DNA from: Xanthobacteraceae bacterium
GTDB taxonomy: Bacteria > Pseudomonadota > Alphaproteobacteria > Rhizobiales > Xanthobacteraceae
NCBI GenBank assembly: GCA_035565775.1
Contig: DATMRW010000028.1
Coordinates: forward strand, 98,856-162,855
Direction: 5' to 3'
Length of the DNA: 64,000 nt
Of the stretch, positions 10,104 to 18,280 are shown one piece after another. The translations under genes were made by a program, and so were the position numbers. Each line of letters starts with the position of its first letter. Within the stretch, counting starts at the first letter, position 1. The notes under the pieces are model-generated. The model was not told the origin of the DNA, ran no database searches, and saw only the letters and a program-made list of their open reading frames with translations.

Positions 10104-11203
10104 TGTGCGGCTACCAAGGTTTCCTGCGCGCGCAGCACGGTTTTGAGCTGCGAAATGCTCGGCGTAATCAGCGGAATGAAAGCCATCTCGCGTAGGCGCC
10201 GCTGGATGTCGCCGCCCGGCTGCGTCAGATAGGCCTTGCCGCCGGTGGCGCAGAGTTCGAGGTTCACGGCCTCCGTCGCAATCTCCGAGAGGCGGATACG
10301 GATGCGGAAGAGTTGGGCGGCCTGCGAGACGAAACGGCCATCGCGAAGCCCGGCCTCAAGCTGCGCCTGCACAGCGGAGAGATCGCGCAGCAATTCGTCG
10401 ATCGTACCGGCGAACACTTCGCGGCCGTCGCCAAGTTTGGTCTGCGCCACGTGCAGAGACTTTCGCGCAAGGCCGATGGCCATCGCACATTGCATCGCAA
10501 GGAAGGCGGGGCGGACGACGGGGAGCCACTCACCCGCATTGGCATGGAGGATCCGGTCACGCCCGATCAGCGCGTGGTCGATCTTGATCGCGGCGGTGTT
10601 CGAGCCGCGCATCGCCATCAGATCGAGATCGGCGGAGCGCGCAACCCCTAAGTCTTCCGACGAGAGCACGCCGACGAAATCCGGCTCGCCGTCCGCGCCC
10701 TTGATTGCGGCCGCGACATCGAAGCCGCTCACCGGCAGGTTCGTCACCCATGGCAGCTTGCCGTCGATACGAAGGCGCCCGCCATCCGCATGGCTCGCGC
10801 GCACCTGCAATTCCTCGATGCCGGCGAGAAACTTCATCGCATTGGAAAGACCGGTCGCGCCCGCGCGGCGGCCGGAAAGAAGATCCGGTAGCAGCTGTTC
10901 ACGAAGCGCGGCATTCGGGCTTTGCAAAAGATACTCGATGAAGGTGCGCTGCCCCCAGAAAACAAAACCGGCAGTGAGGGACTCTTCCGAAACTTCGGTA
11001 ATGGCACGGACCGCGCCGATGATGTCGCCACCGGCGCCGCCCCATTGCCAGGGCACGCCGATAGCGAACAGACCTGCATCCGCAAGGCGCGGCAAAACAT
11101 CTCCAGCGCCCGAGGCCGAATGATCGAGATCTAGTGCTGATCCTTCAAGCCACGTCGCGATATCATCGGCGACTGGCCGTGCTTGGGGCGCTGACATGGT
11201 CAT
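10100..11203 (-). CDS. Acyl-CoA dehydrogenase-fold protein
   Basis: The 367-aa product has ACAD-like organisation. Its ends overlap both flanking genes by 4 nt. The substrate is unknown. Confidence 0.65.
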   Translation of the reverse strand: MTMSAPQARPVADDIATWLEGSALDLDHSASGAGDVLPRLADAGLFAIGVPWQWGGAGGDIIGAVRAITEVSEESLTAGFVFWGQRTFIEYLLQSPNAALREQLLPDLLSGRRAGATGLSNAMKFLAGIEELQVRASHADGGRLRIDGKLPWVTNLPVSGFDVAAAIKGADGEPDFVGVLSSEDLGVARSADLDLMAMRGSNTAAIKIDHALIGRDRILHANAGEWLPVVRPAFLAMQCAMAIGLARKSLHVAQTKLGDGREVFAGTIDELLRDLSAVQAQLEAGLRDGRFVSQAAQLFRIRIRLSEIATEAVNLELCATGGKAYLTQPGGDIQRRLREMAFIPLITPSISQLKTVLRAQETLVAAQ

Positions 11204-11772
11204 TCCGCGGCGGCCTGTGTCACGCCCGTCCAGGCATATGGCTCGAGCTGCGGATTAAGCGCGGGCTGGCCGAGATTGTTGGCGAAGTTGCAGAGGGTCG
11301 CGAGGCTGACGCCGAGCACGACTTCGAGCGCAGAGGCATCATCGAAGCCGGCGGCCTTGAAGGCCGCAAGCTCGCTTGCGTCCACGTTGCCGCGGCTGCG
11401 AATGACGGCGCGAGTAAAGTCCGCCACCGCGTTCAGCTTTGCATCCGGACCCTTGGTTCCGACGCGAAGAGCATTCACCACGTCGTCGGTGAGGCCGGCC
11501 TTCTTGTAGGCGATGGCGGTGTGGCCCGCGACGCAGAAACCGCAGCCATGGGTCGCGGCGGCGGTGATCTGCACGGCTTCACGCTCGGCCAGGTTCAGAC
11601 TCGCGCGGGCATTGATCCCGGAGACGGTCTGATAGGTTTCCAGCGCGACCGGCGCGTTGGCAAGAAGGCGGACGAGATTGGGCAAAAAGCCATTGTTTGC
11701 TTGCGCGGTCTCAAGCCCGGCCTTGGCGGCCTCTGGCGCGTCTTCAATCGAACGAAGGGGAATTCGTGACAT
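11200..11772 (-). CDS. Carboxymuconolactone decarboxylase (AhpD-like) family protein
   Basis: The 190-aa product carries a CxxC-type motif (HGCGFCVAGH) typical of the AhpD/CMD family. It is the first gene of the 11772->7280 operon. Confidence 0.75.
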   Translation of the reverse strand: MSRIPLRSIEDAPEAAKAGLETAQANNGFLPNLVRLLANAPVALETYQTVSGINARASLNLAEREAVQITAAATHGCGFCVAGHTAIAYKKAGLTDDVVNALRVGTKGPDAKLNAVADFTRAVIRSRGNVDASELAAFKAAGFDDASALEVVLGVSLATLCNFANNLGQPALNPQLEPYAWTGVTQAAAE

Positions 11773-11827
11773 AAAAAACTCCTGAACGGAATTGACGCGA
11801 GGATGCGACCCCGCCGAGAACCGTCGA

Positions 11828-11853
11828 ATAATTCAAGAATTATAAGCGCTTAT
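11828..11853. promoter_or_regulatory. Two overlapping perfect palindromes upstream of the CMD/ACAD/ABC operon (candidate operator)
   Basis: ATAATTC-AA-GAATTAT (11828-11843) and ATAAGCGCTTAT (11842-11853) lie 56-80 nt upstream of the start codon at 11772, in an AT-rich patch. Confidence 0.3.
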
Positions 11854-12026
11854 GCAGCGAGGCAATGGACGGGCGCCCGTCGCGCGAAAAGAAAAATATC
11901 CTTCGAAGGGCAGGATCGAACTCGAAAGATTTTCGCTGCGCTGCCGGAAATCGCAGCAGCTTTGTCATAGGAAGGCCGGAGGGTTTTGGCGAGAAAATCT
12001 AGTGGCGGACCGCGCAGGCCCTCAAG

Positions 12027-12070
12027 GCAAAAGAAAACCGGACCGCGGCGGCGAGCGCTGCGATCCGGTT
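12027..12070 (-). terminator. Rho-independent terminator candidate downstream of the liv-type operon
   Basis: On the minus strand the hairpin AACCGGA...TCCGGTT is followed by TTTCTTTTG, about 55 nt after the livF-like stop at 12124. Confidence 0.45.
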
Positions 12071-12123
12071 CCATCTGGGCGCAGGTGGAGAGCCGCGCCG
12101 CAATCGTTTGACAGTTTAAAGGA

Positions 12124-12861
12124 TCAAGAAGCCTCGGCGTCCTCCGCGATCGCATCGAGCCCGAGATAGGCGCGCTGGATCGCATCGTCGGCCTGAAACT
12201 CCGCCGCGGTGCCCTTGCCTATGATTTTGCCGTTCTCGAGCAGGTAGCAAATCTGCGCGATCTTGAGGGTGTGGTTGGTATTCTGCTCAACGAGCAGAAT
12301 ACCAAGTCCGGTCTCCGCGATCTTCGGTAGCGCCTTGAACAGCTCGGCGGTGAGAAGTGGCGAAAGGCCGAGCGATGGCTCATCGAGCAGCAGCATGGAC
12401 GGGCGGGACATCAGCGCGCGGCCGATGGCGACCATCTGCTGCTCGCCGCCGCTCATGGTGCGCGCGATCTGGTTCATCCGCTCGCCGAGGCGAGGGAAGA
12501 GGGTAAGGATCAGGTCCAGCCGCTCCTCGACGTTTTCGCGGGCCCGGTTCGGAAACGCACCAAGCTTGAGATTGTCGCGCACCGTCAGGTCGCTGAACAG
12601 GAGGCGGCCCTCCGGCACCAAGGAAAGTCCCGCCTCGACGATCAGATGTGGCTTCGTGCCGGTGAGCGACTGGCCGTCCAGCGAGATGCTGCCGCCCGGC
12701 AGAAACTTGACCAAGCCAGCCATCGCCTTCAGCAGCGTCGTCTTGCCCGCGCCATTGGCGCCGAGCATCACCGCGATCTCGCCGGGCTTGACGCTGAGGC
12801 TGACATCATCGAGCGCCTGATGCTTGCCGTAACGAACGGAAAGGTTGGACACCTCAAGCAT
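12124..12861 (-). CDS. livF: Branched-chain amino acid-type ABC ATP-binding protein (LivF-like)
   Basis: It has Walker A GANGAGKTT, the signature MSGGEQQM and Walker B LLLDEPS. Confidence 0.85.
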   Translation of the reverse strand: MLEVSNLSVRYGKHQALDDVSLSVKPGEIAVMLGANGAGKTTLLKAMAGLVKFLPGGSISLDGQSLTGTKPHLIVEAGLSLVPEGRLLFSDLTVRDNLKLGAFPNRARENVEERLDLILTLFPRLGERMNQIARTMSGGEQQMVAIGRALMSRPSMLLLDEPSLGLSPLLTAELFKALPKIAETGLGILLVEQNTNHTLKIAQICYLLENGKIIGKGTAAEFQADDAIQRAYLGLDAIAEDAEAS

Positions 12862-13591
12862 GACTGTCTCCCAGATAGGCGTCGATCACCGCCTGATCGG
12901 ATAGAACCGATTTTGGCGTGCCTTCAGCAAGTTTTTGCCCGGCATTCATCACCACGCAGCGGTTGCACAGCGTGTTGATGGCCGACATCACGTGCTCGAC
13001 CATCACAATCGTCGTGCCTTCGCGGCCGAGCTTGCGGATGAGGGCGATGCCGGTGCCAAGCTCGGTGGCGTTCAGGCCGGCGAGCCATTCGTCGAGCAGC
13101 AGGAGTTCCGGCTTCAGCGCAAGCGCGCGCGCAAGTTCGAGCCGCTTCTGGTCGATGTAGGTGAGCGCACTCGCCGGAAGATCGTCCATGCCAGTGAGGC
13201 CGACCATCGCAAGCGCCTCGCGGCCGAGGTTGACAGCCTTCTGCCCCCACACCGGATTGTCGGTGAAGGCGAGGCCGACCGCAGCATTCTCCAGCACCGT
13301 CATTTCCTGCACCAGCCGGACAAGCTGAAAGGTGCGGCCGATGCCGGCCCGCGCCACCCGGAAGGCAGGCTTGTTGGAAATGAGCGCACCCTTGAGGCGG
13401 ATCTCGCCGCTGTCGGGGCGCAGGCCGCCGGAGATGAGATTCATCACCGTGGTCTTGCCGGAGCCGTTCGGGCCGATCAGGCCGAGCACGTCGCCGCGCT
13501 CAACGTTGAACGACACATCATTGACGGCAACCAGACCGCCAAAGGTCTTGCGGACCTTGTCGAGCTGCAGGAGCGTACCGTTCGCAGTCAT
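12854..13591 (-). CDS. livG: Branched-chain amino acid-type ABC ATP-binding protein (LivG-like)
   Basis: I placed the start at ATG 13591 (MTANGTLLQLDKVRKTFGG). Walker A is GPNGSGKTT. The longer 568-aa track ORF is an out-of-context upstream extension. Confidence 0.85.
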   Translation of the reverse strand: MTANGTLLQLDKVRKTFGGLVAVNDVSFNVERGDVLGLIGPNGSGKTTVMNLISGGLRPDSGEIRLKGALISNKPAFRVARAGIGRTFQLVRLVQEMTVLENAAVGLAFTDNPVWGQKAVNLGREALAMVGLTGMDDLPASALTYIDQKRLELARALALKPELLLLDEWLAGLNATELGTGIALIRKLGREGTTIVMVEHVMSAINTLCNRCVVMNAGQKLAEGTPKSVLSDQAVIDAYLGDSHA

Positions 13592-14544
13592 GCGCGCTCT
13601 CCTGCGGGTTCGGCGATCACGGGCGCAGGCTTGCGGCGGCGAGCATATTTTTCCACCACGCCGACGATGCCGTTCGGAACGAGATAAACGATCATGATGA
13701 AGACAAGCCCGAGCAGGATCGAGAAGGCGTTGGGAAAGTTGGCTCCGAGATATTCGAACAGCAGCGTCAGCGGGACGACGCCGAGCAGGGGGCCATACAG
13801 GCGGTGCATGCCGCCAAGCAGCGCCATGATGACGACCTGGAACGACAGCGTCGCATTGAAGGCGATCGCGGGATCGATATAGGTCCAGCGCGGCGCCATG
13901 ATCGCGCCGGTGAGCGACATGAACACCGAGCTGATGACGAACAGCCACAACTTGACCGCGGTGGTGTTGACGCCGAAGTGGCGCGCCACGACCTCGTCGC
14001 CGCCGATGACGCGCAGCGCAAAGCCGATCCGCGAGCGGCCGATGAGGAGACCGGCGAGAAGCAGCACCACGAGCAGCGCGAGGAGCTGCCAGTAGATCGC
14101 CCGCTGCGATACGTCGAGGAAAATATAGCGGCCGATCGATTGCGTGACGTTGACCTCGTACCAGGTCACGAGCTGCCGGATCATCTCGGTCAGGCCGAAG
14201 GTGAAGATGACGAAGTAAACGCCGGCAAGGCGCAGCGTCGCGAGGCCGACGACCAGCGCCAGCAGCGCGCCGATCACGGCGGAGACCACGAGCACCGCCC
14301 ACCACGGCATGCTTTCGCCGAGCACTGCCACCGTATAGGCGCCGACGCCGAAGAAGGCGACGCTTGCCAGCGAGACATAGCGCGTGGGGCCGGAGAACAT
14401 GCCCCAGGCGGTTGCCAGCACGCCAAAGCTGAGCAGCCCAATGGACAGCGACAGGCCATAGCTGCCGATCGCCAGCGGCCAGAAGGCCAGCAAGATGCCG
14501 CCGATGATCGTAGCGAAGAAAGGAATGCGCGAGTCGTTGACCAT
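13588..14544 (-). CDS. livM: Branched-chain amino acid-type ABC permease (LivM-like)
   Basis: The start at 14544 (MVNDSRIPFFATIIGG) gives a polytopic membrane protein. ATGA overlaps occur at both ends. Confidence 0.85.
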   Translation of the reverse strand: MVNDSRIPFFATIIGGILLAFWPLAIGSYGLSLSIGLLSFGVLATAWGMFSGPTRYVSLASVAFFGVGAYTVAVLGESMPWWAVLVVSAVIGALLALVVGLATLRLAGVYFVIFTFGLTEMIRQLVTWYEVNVTQSIGRYIFLDVSQRAIYWQLLALLVVLLLAGLLIGRSRIGFALRVIGGDEVVARHFGVNTTAVKLWLFVISSVFMSLTGAIMAPRWTYIDPAIAFNATLSFQVVIMALLGGMHRLYGPLLGVVPLTLLFEYLGANFPNAFSILLGLVFIMIVYLVPNGIVGVVEKYARRRKPAPVIAEPAGERA

Positions 14545-15413
14545 CACGCGGCCTTTCCAAAAATGCCCGTAGGCCGGATGATGAGAGCTAACAGGAACAC
14601 AGCGTAAATCACCGCAATGGTCAGGCCCGGATCCCAGAACGTCGCGACCATGGATTCGACCAGCCCGAGAAAGAAACCTGCGAGGAACGCGCCGAACACG
14701 TTGCCGACGCCGGCCATGATGACGACGATCAGCGCCTTCATGGTGAAGGCCACGCCCATCTGCGCCGTGAAGGTCATGAAGGTGGAGGCGAGAACACCGC
14801 CGAGCGCAGCAATCGCGCCGCCGAGGGCGAAGCCGAGCGCCGCCGCCCATTTCACGTCGATGGCGACAAGACCGGCGCCAACCGGCTCGGAGGCAACCGC
14901 GCGCAATGCCGCGCCGGTGCGGGTTTTCAGAAGAAGCAGGTAAGCGCCGGCACCAAGCACCAGTGCCGCCAGCAACGCAACGAGGCGATTGGCCGAAGTC
15001 GTGGAGCCCAAGACGTTCACGGGGAAATCGAGATACGAGTAGCTCGTATAGTTCGCGCCGAACGTCACCAGCATGATGCCCTGGATGACGAAGAGCAGGC
15101 CGAAGGTGATCAAGATGCTGTCGACCTCAAGCGCGATCGGATTGCGCGCTCGCGCCACAAGCGGCGTCAGCATGATCGAATAGATCAGCCACGACAGCAC
15201 GAACGCCGCTGGCGCCACCACGAGCAGCGACAGATAGGGGCTGATCCCCAGGCTGCCGAAAAGGACGTAGGTCGCAAAACTCCCGAGAATGAGAATTTCG
15301 CCATACGCCAGATTCATGATCCGCGAGACGCCGTATTGCAGCGTCATGCCCATCGCCACGAGCGAATACATCGCGCCGAGCGTCAAGCCGGATAGAAGTG
15401 CGTTCATCAACAT
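14544..15413 (-). CDS. livH: Branched-chain amino acid-type ABC permease (LivH-like)
   Basis: The product is polytopic. The start is probably MLMNALLSGLTLGAMY (15413 or 15407). Confidence 0.85.
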   Translation of the reverse strand: MLMNALLSGLTLGAMYSLVAMGMTLQYGVSRIMNLAYGEILILGSFATYVLFGSLGISPYLSLLVVAPAAFVLSWLIYSIMLTPLVARARNPIALEVDSILITFGLLFVIQGIMLVTFGANYTSYSYLDFPVNVLGSTTSANRLVALLAALVLGAGAYLLLLKTRTGAALRAVASEPVGAGLVAIDVKWAAALGFALGGAIAALGGVLASTFMTFTAQMGVAFTMKALIVVIMAGVGNVFGAFLAGFFLGLVESMVATFWDPGLTIAVIYAVFLLALIIRPTGIFGKAA

Positions 15414-15486
15414 GGTTTCGATCCTGTTGAACCCCGGCGGCACGCGCCGCCGGGGCCAGACATCAGTCAGGCGATCGTTTCAGACC

Positions 15487-16713
15487 TCAGTCCTTCTTGG
15501 CAGGCCACGCCGGCTTCGGGAACGTGATCTTGCCGGCACCCGGCAGGCTACTCGGGCCAAGGCCCTGCAGTTCGCCGTTCTGCCACTGGCCGATCTTCCA
15601 CATGGTCGGCATGGTCTGGTCGGGCATCGAGACCTTGCCCATGATGGTGTCGAAGGAGCCGGACTTCATCTCGGCGGCGATCTTCTCGCGGTCGAGGCCG
15701 ACGCGCTCGACGGCCTGCTCCAGCACCTGGAGGGAGGCATACATCGGCACGCTGGCGGAGCGATCCGGCTCGCGGCCGGTCGCCTTGCGGTGACGCTCCA
15801 TGTAATCGGCGATCGCCTTGCTCTTGGCATCGATGCCGCCGAGGGTCACGACGCCTTCAACCGCATCGCCAAAGCGCTGCTTGTAGAGCGGGAAGAAGCC
15901 GCCGACGCTGACCATGAACAGGTCCGGGTTGTAGCTGAGAAGGCGGGCCTGCTCGGTGAGGCCGATGGTGTCCGGCGGATAGCTGAACGCGACGAAGACC
16001 TTCGCATTCATCGCCTTCACCTCATTGATGATTGGCGACAGATCCTGAGTGCCGACCGGGTAGGTCTTGTCGTAGATGATCTTGAAGCCCGCGGCGGGCA
16101 GGGCCTTGCGGGCCGCGCCGGACAGATCGACGCCGAAGCCGTCACCGACTGCCGCCATGGCGATCTTCTCGTCGATCTTGCCTTCCTTCTTCAGCTTGAC
16201 GAGCTGATCGACCAGCGCATCGACATAGGAGGCGCTGGTGCCGGCAAGCCAGAAGCTGAGCGGCCAGCGCTTGGCAAGCTCAACCGAGCGATCGGTGATC
16301 GCGGTCGGGCCCATCTGGATGTACTTGTGCTTTGCAAACAGCGGGCCGACGGCGAGGTTGACGGCGGTGCCCCACGGCGACAGCAGAAGGTCGACCTTGT
16401 CCTGGGTGATGAGACGCTCGACGGCGCGCACCGCTTCTTCCGAGTTGGAGCGGTCGTCATATTCCACGACTTCAACCGGCAAACGCTTGCCGTTGACCAT
16501 CATGCCGCCCTTTTCGTTCATCTCCTTGACCCAGAGCTCGTAGTTCGGCACCTGCGAGGTCATCGCGCCGCCCGAGTTCGGTCCGGTCTTGGAGATCGCA
16601 TAGCCGATCTTGACCTTGCCTGGCGTCTCCTGCGCCAGCGCGCCGCCGGTTAGCGACATTGCGGCGAGCGCGGTGCCCGCCGCTGCGAGCAATTTCAATT
16701 TCCTGAAAGTCAT
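15487..16713 (-). CDS. Periplasmic substrate-binding protein, Leu/Ile/Val-binding (type I PBP) family
   Basis: I placed the start at 16713 (MTFRKLKLLAAAGTALAAMSLTGGALA signal peptide). The protein has LivK-like architecture. Confidence 0.85.
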   Translation of the reverse strand: MTFRKLKLLAAAGTALAAMSLTGGALAQETPGKVKIGYAISKTGPNSGGAMTSQVPNYELWVKEMNEKGGMMVNGKRLPVEVVEYDDRSNSEEAVRAVERLITQDKVDLLLSPWGTAVNLAVGPLFAKHKYIQMGPTAITDRSVELAKRWPLSFWLAGTSASYVDALVDQLVKLKKEGKIDEKIAMAAVGDGFGVDLSGAARKALPAAGFKIIYDKTYPVGTQDLSPIINEVKAMNAKVFVAFSYPPDTIGLTEQARLLSYNPDLFMVSVGGFFPLYKQRFGDAVEGVVTLGGIDAKSKAIADYMERHRKATGREPDRSASVPMYASLQVLEQAVERVGLDREKIAAEMKSGSFDTIMGKVSMPDQTMPTMWKIGQWQNGELQGLGPSSLPGAGKITFPKPAWPAKKD

Positions 16714-16822
16714 TCGGTGTGTCCTCCTCAATGGTCTTAGTTTATCTTCCGGCATGTTCACTGATATGAGCCGTCGGACTCTCCAGGCTTTTGGCCCGAA
16801 TTCGATGCTGCGCGCGCAGACC

Positions 16823-18211
16823 TCACATATCCATCAGACCAATCCTCATCCCCAGCTGTGAACGGGCGATATAGGGCCCGAACGCTAGATACTGGGCCGA
16901 GGGATGGCCGCGATACATTTGGACGTCGCTAAAATATTGCTGGAGCGGCTGGCCCTTGCGGGCGGCCGTGGTGCCGGCAGTCTGAAACAGGAGTTCGGTG
17001 GCATCGCAGGCGATCCGGCCGGCGGTTTGCAGCATGCCCCAGAGGCGCAGGTTGTCGTCGAGCGTCACTGGCTTTCCGCTGGCCTGCCACTCATGGCATT
17101 TTTCCATCAGCTGCTCGCACGCCTGCAGCAGCAGCGCCTCAGCGGAATCGGTAAGCATGATCGCGTAGCCAAAATTGCGCTGGAAATCGTAATGGTCGCG
17201 GCGCAGCACGAAGGGGGGAAAGATCGTCGTCTCGCTGTTTATGATCTTTTCGTATTCATCGATCGCGGCGCGCGCCGCGCCGATCACCGGCGCAACGAGG
17301 GACGCATGATAGGGCGCCATCAGGCGGCCAAGATACATCGGGTTGCCGTGCAGGCGGGTGCCGGGCGTGCCGTCCTTCATGCTGTCGGGCAGGGCGTAGA
17401 AGCTGGGAAAGTCGACGATGTGATGCGAGGGTACGAAGACGTCGTCGAGCCTTGCGCTGTTCGAGCCGCTGGCGCGCATGCCAAGGGTGCTGTCGCCGCC
17501 CCAGTCGTCGAGGATGGTGTAATTGCTGCGCGGTACGACGAAATTGACCGCGCGCGGCCGCCGGCCATCGCCATCGTCGATCAGCGTCGTCGCCACGAGG
17601 TGGGTCGAATAGGGGATGCCCGACGCATATCCCCAGGTGCCGTTGACGATATAGCCGCCGTCCGCCTTGCGCGCCGTCCCCGACGGCAGCGCGCGATGGG
17701 GGGCGACGAATTCGCCGTAGGGACCAAAAATTTCGCGCTGGGCGTCCTCGCCCCAATGCGAGGCGATGGCGAAGGCATGGGAGGCGGCGAGCGTCAGACA
17801 CCAGCCCGCTGACGGATGCCCGCGCGAGACCTCGATCATCACCCGATAGAATGTTGGCAGATCGAACTCATAGCCGCCGAACATCCGCGGCTGGCAGATG
17901 CGGTAAAACCCCGCATCGCGGAAGGCTTCGTGCATTTCAGGGGAATAGGTGCCGCGTTGATTGCTCTCTTCCTGCTGCTCCCGCAACCGGGAGCGCAAGG
18001 CGCGCGCACGCCGAAGCAATTCGGCCGGCCTCAAATCTGGTTCAGGCACGCGCGGAAAATGCGTGCGTTCCGCCGCTGCAGCAGGTGTCGCCGGTGCCAC
18101 CGTTCCCCCCGGAAGTTGCCGGCTGCTGTCATCGCATTGCAGTGCGGCGACGCTCCAGGCTCGTTCGATTTTCTCTCCTGCCTGTTCGCACACTTTGCGA
18201 AAGATAGGCAC
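16823..18211 (-). CDS. Acyl-CoA dehydrogenase-fold flavin-dependent monooxygenase/dehydrogenase-like protein
   Basis: ACAD type-2-like blocks are present (GFYRICQPRMFGGYE, VNGTWGYASG). The start is uncertain; the GTG at 18100, preceded by GGGGGAA, is a plausible alternative. Confidence 0.65.
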   Translation of the reverse strand: MPIFRKVCEQAGEKIERAWSVAALQCDDSSRQLPGGTVAPATPAAAAERTHFPRVPEPDLRPAELLRRARALRSRLREQQEESNQRGTYSPEMHEAFRDAGFYRICQPRMFGGYEFDLPTFYRVMIEVSRGHPSAGWCLTLAASHAFAIASHWGEDAQREIFGPYGEFVAPHRALPSGTARKADGGYIVNGTWGYASGIPYSTHLVATTLIDDGDGRRPRAVNFVVPRSNYTILDDWGGDSTLGMRASGSNSARLDDVFVPSHHIVDFPSFYALPDSMKDGTPGTRLHGNPMYLGRLMAPYHASLVAPVIGAARAAIDEYEKIINSETTIFPPFVLRRDHYDFQRNFGYAIMLTDSAEALLLQACEQLMEKCHEWQASGKPVTLDDNLRLWGMLQTAGRIACDATELLFQTAGTTAARKGQPLQQYFSDVQMYRGHPSAQYLAFGPYIARSQLGMRIGLMDM

Positions 18212-18266
18212 CTATCGAAAGATAGTGACAAGCCGCTGTTCAGCCGGCATTGTTGACAAAAGATAG
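18199..18266. promoter_or_regulatory. Repeated GATAG-containing motif in the divergent promoter region
   Basis: GAAAGATAG occurs at 18199 and 18217, and AAAAGATAG at 18258. An inverted copy forms GATAGG-CA-CCTATC at about 18203-18216. Confidence 0.3.
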
Positions 18267-18280
18267 GGTAGGAAACGAAG

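Noticed and set aside
12854-14560. A 568-aa ORF suggesting a fused permease-ATPase.
   Set aside because: Only the C-terminal 245 aa (from ATG 13591) are LivG-like. The upstream part is an Arg-rich wrong frame over the real livM gene, which is read in another frame (13588-14544).
15289-16653. A 454-aa ORF antisense to the liv-type binding protein gene.
   Set aside because: There are no motifs and the composition is typical of an antisense frame. The minus strand encodes a clear periplasmic binding protein.
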